Virus record (IMG/VR): IMGVR_UViG_3300035208_008180
Reading direction: 5' to 3' (one strand)
Origin: a virus
Lineage: Duplodnaviria; Caudoviricetes
DNA: 64,000 bases
Position numbers and translations under genes: made by a program. Of this stretch, positions 29,271-37,592 are shown piece after piece; positions within the stretch are counted from its first letter, which is position 1, and each line of letters opens with the position of its first letter. A model generated the notes under the pieces. The model did not search any database. It worked only from the letters and a program-made list of their open reading frames with translations, and was not told where the DNA came from.

Positions 29271-29657
29271 TCATTCATTTTCCTTTGAAAGCTCCTCTGC
29301 AATTTGTTTTGACAAATCCTGTCCATCGGGCATAAACGCCTCAATGTCTGCCTTTTCTTCAGGAGTCAGCATGTGCAATGGTCGAGGTTTTGTTGCTCTT
29401 ATCCAAGCATCCAGTTGATTCCTTAAATCTATTGCCTGATCTGGGAGCAATCTTACATAATCATATCCCTTGGGTGCATCGTCTGCTACGTTCTTCAAAT
29501 CTTCCTCGCTCATCCCAGCCGTCCAGCCCCACTGCAATTCGGCATATTTGCTGTCATAATTGTCGCCAGGGTTTTCCTTGGGCACTAACGTAACGTTCCA
29601 AAAAACTTCCTGCGAATCAATTTCAACACCTGCCGCATACATTTTTTCATCCATCAT
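29271..29657 (-). CDS. hypothetical protein
   Basis: ORF, coupled start. Confidence 0.6.
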   Translation of the reverse strand: MMDEKMYAAGVEIDSQEVFWNVTLVPKENPGDNYDSKYAELQWGWTAGMSEEDLKNVADDAPKGYDYVRLLPDQAIDLRNQLDAWIRATKPRPLHMLTPEEKADIEAFMPDGQDLSKQIAEELSKENE

Positions 29658-29873
29658 TAGCTCCCTGTATTCAAAACGTTGCCATCGCCATAACCATACT
29701 TTCTGCCCTGCAACCGCCACTCGGCATTAAGCTCTGATGTGTCAAGATTCGATGTCCCACACTCAGGACAATACATATCGTGATAAGGATTCATGCTCGC
29801 CTTGCATTTTTCAGGCGGTCCCTCCCACTCGCATCTTCCACATTTAATTATTGCCATTTTAATTTCCTTTCAG

Positions 29874-29960
29874 TCGAGGCGGCAAGAATCGAACTTGCTT
29901 CCTCCGTCCCCTGGGAGTAAATCCCCGATAGTCGGCGTGCAACCATTGCACCTCACCCCG
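29874..29960 (-). tRNA. Pro-type tRNA body with 22-nt anticodon loop (15-nt insert)
   Basis: CGGGGTG/CGCCTCG-A; loop contains GGGA-TTTAC-TCCC hairpin. Confidence 0.7.
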
Positions 29961-30558
29961 ATTTCCGATACTCAATATTATAACAACTTTTTCTTATGGG
30001 TTGATAACTCCAAACATCACAAATTTTAGGAGCCCCCAAACAAGCACATTGGTATATGTCTCCGTTCGGCTTGATAAAAATGCCACTATCACAGGTTGGA
30101 GGAAACAATATTTTGCCTGTTGTTAATTTTCGTCCCCTTCCTATGGGATAAACAACCTTCACAGTCGCTATTTCAATCCTGCCCCTCATTGCTGCTTTTC
30201 TATAAGCCTTGCGAACAGTACGACTTATGGGTTCATGATAATCATCCAATGATAACCGCACATATTCTATTTTTCTTGTTTTGGCTAATTCTAAAAGTCG
30301 CAATGCTTGGTCAGTGCGTTTGCCATTCGTGGTAATCCAAACCCTACACTTATGCTGCATTGCAAATTCTAAAAAATAATCAAACTCTGGATGTATCGTC
30401 GGTTCCCCGCCACCAATGCAAAGCTCGTTATCATTACGCACAGCCAATTGCACGGCTTGCTCAAATATCGGAGCCCGCATATCCTCACCATCAGGTCCAC
30501 AAGAAAAACAACAATGCCGACAAAGCATATTACAACGTGTTGTTATCTGTGCATACAT
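29953..30558 (-). CDS. radical SAM protein
   Basis: CNMLCRHC, GGGEPT, TTNG, SLD. Confidence 0.9.
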   Translation of the reverse strand: MYAQITTRCNMLCRHCCFSCGPDGEDMRAPIFEQAVQLAVRNDNELCIGGGEPTIHPEFDYFLEFAMQHKCRVWITTNGKRTDQALRLLELAKTRKIEYVRLSLDDYHEPISRTVRKAYRKAAMRGRIEIATVKVVYPIGRGRKLTTGKILFPPTCDSGIFIKPNGDIYQCACLGAPKICDVWSYQPIRKSCYNIEYRKSG

Positions 30559-31034
30559 TATGTTGCTACAAATTTTTCTTGATACACCCGCATGATGGTT
30601 TCATAAACCAATTTGTTGCACATCGGATAAAACTTGTAATCCGCTTCAAATCGAGGCTGCATAATTGATGCAATTGCTTTTCCTACTGCGGCTGAACGAG
30701 ACATTCCCGCATAACAATGTGCCATCAATAAATTCGTTTTATCCCAATTCTCACAAACAAAATCAAGTATTTTTTCTGCGTGTTCCTCTTTGAACACGTT
30801 GCCAGCCTTTTGAGGGAATGCGGCTGCCCATGCTGCCCCTGGTATAGCATCCAAATCCTCAAAAGTCAATTGCAATAAAGCAATTCTATTGTTTGTGTCG
30901 ATTGTCGGCAATTCACCAGCAGTTGAAGCAATGCTAATGCAGCACCAGGGCTCTTCATATTTGAATTCCGCAGCCGATGAACGTGGTAAAACTAAAACTT
31001 TACCTATTAAAGGTCTTTCAAGGATCGTTTTCAT
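30558..31034 (-). CDS. Cys-based protein tyrosine/dual-specificity phosphatase
   Basis: HCYAGMSRS P-loop. Confidence 0.85.
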   Translation of the reverse strand: MKTILERPLIGKVLVLPRSSAAEFKYEEPWCCISIASTAGELPTIDTNNRIALLQLTFEDLDAIPGAAWAAAFPQKAGNVFKEEHAEKILDFVCENWDKTNLLMAHCYAGMSRSAAVGKAIASIMQPRFEADYKFYPMCNKLVYETIMRVYQEKFVAT

Positions 31035-31162
31035 TTGTCGTATAAAAGAAGTAATTTAATACCTCTGCCAAGAGTCCGAATTGTGTTATCAACTCATACT
31101 GTTGTCCAGCACAATCAAGACTCTCAGCACCGTTATGACCCCGCCGAGGTAGCGGGCAGAAG

Positions 31163-31233
31163 TAGGCATGGGGAGAATCGAACTCCCGTTTCCACCTTGT
31201 GACGATGGCACTAAACCACTCAGTTACACGCCT
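31163..31233 (-). tRNA. tRNA-Val(CAC)
   Basis: CCATC-GTCACAA-GGTGG. Confidence 0.85.
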
Positions 31234-31405
31234 TCAAAATCTATTTCTTCATTGACAATTACTTTTCTAAGACGATCCGCCATTTCAAAAAAAATAGCCT
31301 TTTCATTTTCTTTCATGGTTTTGTTGCCCATGTCATTTAACATATCACGAATGTGATTAATTTCTAAAACTGATTCGAATTTCATGATTTTTACCCAAAA
31401 TGTAG

Positions 31406-31477
31406 TAGGACGTAGAGGAATCGAACCTCTATCGGAGGCTTAGAAGGCCACTGTTCTATCCGTTGAACTAACGTCCC
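31406..31477 (-). tRNA. tRNA-Arg(TCT)
   Basis: GTGGC-CTTCTAA-GCCTC. Confidence 0.9.
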
Positions 31478-31982
31478 AAAAGCCAACGAATTGAATTCAT
31501 GCCTAGTTGCCGTAGCATTCGTTGGCCAAGGTCTTGTGACAATATTCCGTAATCATCCAAGACAGACAACATTCCTTTTATTTCATGCGTCTTGCCACTT
31601 CGGCAATCGTGTTGTGTGTTTTTATTTTTTCTAACTCACGCATCTTTCTGCTGTTGGAAAATTCATCCCATTCGTCTCCCAACTCCTCAGCCGAACTTAC
31701 TTCCACGCCAGCAATACACTGGAATCGCTGTGTTTCTTCAATCCATTGTTGCTTGTTTGGATTCATGATTCAATATTTTTCTAATGCCATGCTTTTTGTT
31801 GAGACCTGCAATTTCCTCTCTTGTCGCTGTATCTGCAAAATGATCGTAAACACAGCGTCCTACCCAGGTGCATCCCTTACGGGTGCAAACCTGAAACATG
31901 GTGCCGCCACCAATGTCATCAAAACCCACTTTGTGACCTAAAATTTTGCAAAGTGCAGTCATTTAACTTCCTTTGTTTTAAG

Positions 31983-32071
31983 CTCCGAAGGGAGGATTCG
32001 AACCTCCATACCGATTGAACGGATTACACGATGTTAACAGCATCGCCGCCTGCCAATTGGCGTACCTCGGA
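31983..32071 (-). tRNA. tRNA-Asn(GTT) with long variable arm
   Basis: CGATG-CTGTTAA-CATCG; 21-nt variable region. Confidence 0.85.
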
Positions 32072-32367
32072 ATATTATCGTATCACTTTCGCTTCTAACA
32101 ATTTTGTCTGCCGTGGCAGTTGCATCGGCTGCCTTGGCAGCAATCCAGATACTTGTTGCGTCACTGTAATTGATTGTCGCAACACCGCAGCTTGCATAAT
32201 GGTCGGAGAAACTACATCCTCAACAAATTGCTCTTCATTAGAATTTAATTCTCCTCGCAAAAGAGCCTCAGCTACAGCTAGTGCTGTCCCGTATTTGTTC
32301 AACAGGTCTCTTCCACCAATTCTCATAGAAACATCCTTATAACAAATACAATTGAATTTGTAAAGAG

Positions 32368-32441
32368 AGGGGGAAGTGAGAATCGAACTCACTACCTTCG
32401 GCTTAACAGGCCGACGCATATACCTAATCAGCTTTTCCCCC
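32368..32441 (-). tRNA. tRNA-Asn(GTT), U73
   Basis: TCGGC-CTGTTAA-GCCGA. Confidence 0.8.
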
Positions 32442-32970
32442 GATTATCATAACACCTTTTAAGCAAGTGTTCTGGAACTTCTGTAACGCCATTGCCAACT
32501 TCGGCATGGCAATTAGCACACACCAAAACGCATTTATTTGCTTCCGACAACATAACTTCCCAACTTTTGCACAAACCTTGCTGCGAAAGTGAAAACTTTT
32601 TATCACAAACATGATGAAACTCTAATGAGCCCTGATATTTGTTGTAACCACAAAGCTCACACCTTCCCCCAAAGTGAGCGACCAATTTTTCTTTTCTTTT
32701 TACACGGCTCTTGGTCACAGCTTCCGATCTGCATTTTTTACATCGATATCCCTTGCAATCTCTCACAAACTCCACCGCACCGTGTTTTTTGCATATTGAT
32801 GGAACGAACTTGGCAGTTGCATCTATCGTTTCATATTCCAAGTTCTTTGTGTTGTGTCTGCCAAACGGAGAACAAGATAAACAAAACTTACGACGCTGCA
32901 AATTTCTTGCTTTTCCATCGACTATTGCTTCGAGCGGAAACTCCTCACCACACTTTTTACATTTTCTCAT
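32428..32970 (-). CDS. HNH homing endonuclease
   Basis: GGRCELCGY, LEFHH, KCVLVCANCHAE; GGAGG SD. Confidence 0.88.
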   Translation of the reverse strand: MRKCKKCGEEFPLEAIVDGKARNLQRRKFCLSCSPFGRHNTKNLEYETIDATAKFVPSICKKHGAVEFVRDCKGYRCKKCRSEAVTKSRVKRKEKLVAHFGGRCELCGYNKYQGSLEFHHVCDKKFSLSQQGLCKSWEVMLSEANKCVLVCANCHAEVGNGVTEVPEHLLKRCYDNRGKS

Positions 32971-33038
32971 ATATAACCTCCATGCTATATATGAGTAATA
33001 AACCAAATGTTTAACAAAAAATATTAAACATTTAGTAG

Positions 33039-33109
33039 AGCCACCAGTGGGAATCGAACCCACGTATCCACTTTACCGAAGTGGCACTCTACCATTGAGT
33101 TACAGCGGC
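33039..33109 (-). tRNA. tRNA-Thr(GGT)
   Basis: CCACT-TCGGTAA-AGTGG. Confidence 0.85.
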
Positions 33110-33165
33110 AGACCCGGCCATTATGTTCGTCACCAAAATATGGGAGCGGAACACCGGGTACTTAG

Positions 33166-33238
33166 CGGTGCCAACGAGTGTCGATCTCGTACTTCCTGCT
33201 CGACGGGCAGGTGTGCAGGGCCGCTACACTATGACACC
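33166..33238 (-). tRNA. tRNA-Asp(GTC)
   Basis: CCTGC-CCGTCGA-GCAGG. Confidence 0.82.
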
Positions 33239-33579
33239 GAATCATCCAAATTCTGAAATGCATAAAGCAATACAAAAAGTTTCAACTTTTGCACTTCATC
33301 AAATTCTTTGTAAGGGATTGCACATCCTTGCTCTTTCATCAACTCCTTTAGTCCTTCAACATCTTCTTCTGGAATTGTGAAATCGCCAAACACATCCTCA
33401 AGCTTCATTCCAACCATCGACATAATGTTGCTGAACGATGGCGGTTCTTCTCGCAATTTCTTTGCGATAACTTGCAAAAGCTTGTCGTCATCAATGGCAT
33501 CTATTTTTGTTTTGACGGTGTGAGCAAACTTGTTTTGGACTGCTTTTTTTCCGCCAAAATATTTGAATACATCAACCAT
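33229..33579 (-). CDS. hypothetical protein
   Basis: ORF track. Confidence 0.7.
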   Translation of the reverse strand: MVDVFKYFGGKKAVQNKFAHTVKTKIDAIDDDKLLQVIAKKLREEPPSFSNIMSMVGMKLEDVFGDFTIPEEDVEGLKELMKEQGCAIPYKEFDEVQKLKLFVLLYAFQNLDDSVS

Positions 33580-33723
33580 GATTTATACCTTTGGTAGCGG
33601 TATTACAGATGGGTGCTCGTCGTCTATCTCATCCATAATGTCTGGAAATATAATTCGTAACAACAAATTCGCAAACAATATTGTCACCAAAGCCCATGCC
33701 ATGATTTTCCTTCAACTGCCATT

Positions 33724-34065
33724 CTAAATCAACTTCATGCTTTTTTCAATAGCAAGTTCTCGTGATGATCCAATTAATTCGTAAAGCTGATCTGGCAAGG
33801 GGTCGCCCGATTCGGCTTTATTATGGCAACCCTCACAAAGACTAATGCCATTTTCCGCCACATAGCCACCATTCGGCATCGCATCCCTGTCAGTGATGTG
33901 ATGTGCATCCAACTTGGCTCTTGGAATGTCTAAACCTTCAAATTCGCCAGTTTGACTACATTTCCCAGGTTGGCCACAGACCCTACATGCATATCGATCT
34001 CTTTTGAACACAGCTTTACGAAAAACTGATCTTACCGTTTGTTTTTTATGCATGATTTTCTCCAA
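33724..34065 (-). CDS. HNH endonuclease
   Basis: VFKRDRYACRVCG, DAHHI, NGISLCEGCH. Confidence 0.85.
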   Translation of the reverse strand: MEKIMHKKQTVRSVFRKAVFKRDRYACRVCGQPGKCSQTGEFEGLDIPRAKLDAHHITDRDAMPNGGYVAENGISLCEGCHNKAESGDPLPDQLYELIGSSRELAIEKSMKLI

Positions 34066-34068
34066 AAG

Positions 34069-34142
34069 CGAGCGTGACGGGGGTCGAACCCGCTACCCCT
34101 TGATCGACAGTCAAGGATGCAAAACCGTTACACCTCACGCCC
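34069..34142 (-). tRNA. tRNA-Asp(GTC)
   Basis: CTTGA-CTGTCGA-TCAAG. Confidence 0.88.
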
Positions 34143-34145
34143 AAA

Positions 34146-34369
34146 ATTTGTCATCTCATAAGCGGAATTCTGTTTACAACCATCATTTATCTCACATTGC
34201 TGTGGTCTTTCGACTGCCTCTACCCGACTTCTCAGGGTCACTCACGCCCTCAGTCTGTTTGAGTTGCATCCTCGGTAGTTCGGACGAACAAAGTTCTCCT
34301 ACCTTAAAAGTGATGATGTTCCGACTTTCCTCTACGGATTGCTCCGCAGCGATGGTTCGGATGACAAAT
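34146..34369 (-). ncRNA. rnpB: minimal RNase P RNA (catalytic domain, S-domain nearly absent)
   Basis: GAGGAAAGTCGGAAC (CR-I) and AACAGAATTCCGCTTA (CR-V); P1-P7 and P15-P17 pair; L15 GGT; AGATAAA CR-IV. Confidence 0.88.
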
Positions 34370-34394
34370 GTATATTAGAGAAAATACGATTTAG

Positions 34395-34467
34395 AGCCAC
34401 CAGAGGGAATCGAACCCACGACAGGCTGATTACAAATCAGCTACTCTACCAACTGAGTTACGGTGGC
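34395..34467 (-). tRNA. tRNA-Thr(TGT)
   Basis: GCTGA-TTTGTAA-TCAGC. Confidence 0.92.
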
Positions 34468-34471
34468 AAAG

Positions 34472-34542
34472 AGCGTCCAGGGAGAATCGAACTCCCAGCT
34501 TGACCTTGGAAGGGTCAGGTATTACCACTATACGATGGACGC
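34472..34542 (-). tRNA. tRNA-Gly(TCC)
   Basis: TGACC-CTTCCAA-GGTCA. Confidence 0.9.
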
Positions 34543-34547
34543 AAAAG

Positions 34548-34618
34548 TGGACCGTAGGAGAGTCGAACTCCTGTCTTCGCCGTGCAAGGGCGACGTAATC
34601 CCGTTATACCAACGGCCC
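34548..34618 (-). tRNA. tRNA-Ala(TGC)
   Basis: G3.U70; TCGCC-CTTGCAC-GGCGA. Confidence 0.9.
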
Positions 34619-34972
34619 ATTTCTTTTCCATCCAGAATAATCTCTGGAAGGCTCGCAAAAATGACCCTCTTCATCATAAGGCCATTCTTTATAATAAATC
34701 CAATCCTTTAAGCACTCCTCCCTGATGAATTTGTAGGCAAAAGGTCGAACACGCACCAATTGATCGTAATGTGCTTTGCTCTCAGACCCTGTTCTAATAT
34801 CCTTGATTAAAACAAGTTGCTTCTCATGCTCATGTCCAATTACTTTCCAATATGGACCGTGCAACAAAAAAGCATCCATATCCTGAAACATAAACATTTC
34901 ACCAGTTATCAAATCCTTTGCCTTGACGTGGTATCCTCCCCACCCTGGCTCGTCGCATCGCTTATCACTCAT
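34604..34972 (-). CDS. hypothetical protein
   Basis: GAGGAG SD. Confidence 0.65.
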   Translation of the reverse strand: MSDKRCDEPGWGGYHVKAKDLITGEMFMFQDMDAFLLHGPYWKVIGHEHEKQLVLIKDIRTGSESKAHYDQLVRVRPFAYKFIREECLKDWIYYKEWPYDEEGHFCEPSRDYSGWKRNGPLV

Positions 34973-35296
34973 TTTTTCTCCTCAGACGCCCATACTAAAC
35001 AACTTTCTTCCAGCCATTCTCGGCTAAAATATTTTCTATTTTTGCAAACTTTCCTTCTTCGTCACATTCAACGTCGAAAGACACTTCAGATAATTTACCA
35101 TCACACGGAGAATAAATAAGCAAATCAGCATTACGAAGACACCAATCCTCCCCAGCCACATCAGGATGCATGCCAGGAAAAACAATGCCATCGCCAGTGT
35201 GCGGAATTATTTCTAATTCCAACTCTTTACTGTAAACTGCATTCTGTGATCCCCAAATAACAACATTGCAATCAATTCTCATAATTTTCTCCTCAG

Positions 35297-35370
35297 TGGT
35301 CGCAGCAGGGATCGAACCTGCGAGCCTCTCGCACGTCAAGCGAGCGTTCTCCCAACTGAACTATGCGACC
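35297..35370 (-). tRNA. tRNA-Val(GAC)
   Basis: CTCGC-TTGACGT-GCGAG. Confidence 0.9.
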
Positions 35371-35374
35371 AAAG

Positions 35375-35448
35375 TCAAGGCGGCGAGAATCGAACTCGCA
35401 ATTTCAAGTCCCCCAGACTTGCGGGATAAACCATTTCCCTACGCCCTG
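35375..35448 (-). tRNA. tRNA-Pro(GGG)
   Basis: CAAGT-CTGGGGG-ACTTG. Confidence 0.88.
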
Positions 35449-36021
35449 TTATTTTCTAACTGCCCAATGGTAATGTATTTTACGATGGCAGTTAGCACAC
35501 AGCACTTTACACTTTGCTATTTCTTTTTTTAAATTGGGCAATCCCCAATCACAAACAGCCCTTGTAATATTGATTTCTTTTTCCCCATCGTGATGAAAAT
35601 CCAAACAACACTCTTCTTTTTCTCCGCACTCTTCACAACAATGCGTTCTTCTATATTCGCTAACAAACGCTCTGTTTCTCTGCCTTTTTACATTACTTGT
35701 TGTGGGTGGACAATCATTGCGATGAATTTTTCTATGACAATTTGCACAAACCACTTCACATTTAGCAATCTCTTTTTTCAATCTTTCTAAACCAAAGCCC
35801 TGAATAGCCGTTGCCACAGAAGTGTCTTTATCTCCAAGATGATGAAGTTGCAAACAAGCAACACACGACTCTCCGCAAGTACAAGCATGTGCTTCTTTGT
35901 ATTGCTCCACATACAGTTTGTTTGCTTGTTTTCTGTTTTTATTTCGATCTCTAAAAATTGCTTTATTTTTCTGAAAATGTTTTCTTTGAAACTCTTTTTG
36001 ATCTTCTTTATTTTTATACAT
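35449..36021 (-). CDS. tandem-duplicated HNH endonuclease
   Basis: Two copies of CGE..CL.(L/F)HH..KKEIAKC.V.CANCHRKIH. Confidence 0.85.
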   Translation of the reverse strand: MYKNKEDQKEFQRKHFQKNKAIFRDRNKNRKQANKLYVEQYKEAHACTCGESCVACLQLHHLGDKDTSVATAIQGFGLERLKKEIAKCEVVCANCHRKIHRNDCPPTTSNVKRQRNRAFVSEYRRTHCCEECGEKEECCLDFHHDGEKEINITRAVCDWGLPNLKKEIAKCKVLCANCHRKIHYHWAVRK

Positions 36022-36094
36022 TTGAACCTCACTATATTATATAGTAAGATTCAACTCATTTTAGGTGACTAAATTTATATTTTGTAGAAAAAAG

Positions 36095-36168
36095 TCGGGG
36101 TGGTCGGCTTCGCTCCGACGTTCTTGTGCTCCCGAAGCACATGGGATACTGGACTTCCCCACACCCCG
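36095..36168 (-). tRNA. tRNA-Pro(CGG)
   Basis: TGTGC-TTCGGGA-GCACA; T-loop AGCGAAG. Confidence 0.85.
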
Positions 36169-36171
36169 AAG

Positions 36172-36245
36172 TCAGGGTAGTCGGCTTCGCTCCGACGATC
36201 TCTTGCTCCCAAAGCAAGCGTGATACTAGGCTTCACTATACCCTG
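36172..36245 (-). tRNA. tRNA-Pro(TGG)
   Basis: CTTGC-TTTGGGA-GCAAG; T-loop AGCGAAG. Confidence 0.85.
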
Positions 36246-36252
36246 CAAACAG

Positions 36253-36323
36253 TCGGTCAGACAAGAATCGAACTTGTTACCCGAGTTCCCAAAACTCGTA
36301 TGTCGCCATTACACCACAGACCG
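36253..36323 (-). tRNA. tRNA-Pro(TGG)
   Basis: CGAGT-TTTGGGA-ACTCG. Confidence 0.85.
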
Positions 36324-36326
36324 AAA

Positions 36327-36554
36327 CTAAATCAACGCTTCCATAAAATAATCTTTTTCTTCTGCCACTTTCACAGCGGCAATTTTTATCACATAGCAAT
36401 GCCAAGTCCAAGTGGCCCCACCCCGATCCAGATCAACAGCATAACCAGTTTTCGTGACTTTGATTATTACACCATTACCTGCTCGTATAGGGCACAACAC
36501 TTTAACTCGATCACCGACTGCCAGCAATTTCTTCATATCAATTAACTTTGCCAA
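36327..36554 (-). CDS. SH3/KOW-like small protein ending DYFMEALI
   Basis: VGDRVKV..G. Confidence 0.7.
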   Translation of the reverse strand: MAKLIDMKKLLAVGDRVKVLCPIRAGNGVIIKVTKTGYAVDLDRGGATWTWHCYVIKIAAVKVAEEKDYFMEALI

Positions 36555-36811
36555 AGAGGCATCCAGCCAACAATTTCATCATTTTTTATTTTAACAAATC
36601 CATTCATATGATTCAAGGTTTCCCCATTATCCCAGAATCTGACTTCCATTCCTTCGGAATTTTTCATAAAATCAGCAGCATCTTTATCAATTGCATCATT
36701 TAAACCCTGGTCAATATCGATGCCATCTTTTTCCAAGTCGGCTTTGATAAATGCTGCCACATCTTCTATTTTTTGCTTTAGATGTTCTTTTCTCAACCAA
36801 TTATATTTCAT
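36542..36811 (-). CDS. hypothetical protein
   Basis: Coupled ORF. Confidence 0.65.
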   Translation of the reverse strand: MKYNWLRKEHLKQKIEDVAAFIKADLEKDGIDIDQGLNDAIDKDAADFMKNSEGMEVRFWDNGETLNHMNGFVKIKNDEIVGWMPLWQS

Positions 36812-37038
36812 ACAAACGCTTCCATAAAATAATCAATTTCTTTTTCGACCGAAACCAATTCCAACTCATTTTCCCTAAAGCCTAACGACCAGAATTTGTT
36901 ATGCGAATCTTCTATTCTCACGAAAACAAGTGGCAAAGCAACCCCTATAACAACGCCTTGCTGTCCCAGCCACACAAGATTGTTTGGAAATCTCGATGGA
37001 TATTTAACAACAACCCTGTCATCGATTTCAAATTTCAT
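36808..37038 (-). CDS. SH3/KOW-like small protein ending DYFMEAFV
   Basis: MKFEIDDRV..ENEL. Confidence 0.75.
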   Translation of the reverse strand: MKFEIDDRVVVKYPSRFPNNLVWLGQQGVVIGVALPLVFVRIEDSHNKFWSLGFRENELELVSVEKEIDYFMEAFV

Positions 37039-37274
37039 ATAAGTGCTTCCATAAAATAATCAATTTCTTCGGCAACCGATGCTAATTCATTTTCTGCAAA
37101 CTGTAAAGAACATGTTCCACTAAAACTTGTTAAATCTGGCAAGACTGTTACGAATTTTAATGAAACCAAATAATAAACTGTCGTTTTTGTGGGCAACCCT
37201 ACAACAACGCCTATAGTGGTTGTCCAAATACTATTTCCAATGACTTTAACTTTATCACCGATTTTGAATTTCAT
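37035..37274 (-). CDS. SH3/KOW-like small protein ending DYFMEALI
   Basis: MKFKIGDKVKV..ENEL. Confidence 0.75.
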   Translation of the reverse strand: MKFKIGDKVKVIGNSIWTTTIGVVVGLPTKTTVYYLVSLKFVTVLPDLTSFSGTCSLQFAENELASVAEEIDYFMEALI

Positions 37275-37480
37275 ATCAGTGCTTCCATAAAATAATCTTT
37301 TTTATCTTCAGCTAAAACCAACTCACTTTCTGCAAGTGTTAGTAATGTTTTGGAGCCATCTATTTGCACCAAAAACACAAGCACAGGATTGGTTATAAAG
37401 TCGAGCACGACACCTGTCTCATTTTTCCACTCTGACGACGACGTAACGACTTTAACTCGATCACCTATTTTGAATTTCAT
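37271..37480 (-). CDS. SH3/KOW-like small protein ending DYFMEALI
   Basis: MKFKIGDRVKV..ESEL. Confidence 0.75.
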   Translation of the reverse strand: MKFKIGDRVKVVTSSSEWKNETGVVLDFITNPVLVFLVQIDGSKTLLTLAESELVLAEDKKDYFMEALI

Positions 37481-37502
37481 AAATTTATTATAGCATAAGA
37501 CG

Positions 37503-37592
37503 AAAAAAAACGAGAGGTGTCCTCCCAATTAGACGACCAGCGGCTTTCGCAACCAAGTGGGACTCGAACCCACATTTCCTCTCTGCTTTCTT
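37503..37592 (-). ncRNA. circularly permuted tRNA-like (YrlA-like) RNA
   Basis: Order: stem, T-arm GTGGG-TTCGAGT-CCCAC, acceptor closed by GAAA, D-arm GTCT-AATTGGG-AGGAC, stem. Confidence 0.75.

Noticed and set aside
34004-34378. 124-aa + strand ORF
   Set aside because: Antisense to tRNA-Asp and the RNase P RNA; no protein features
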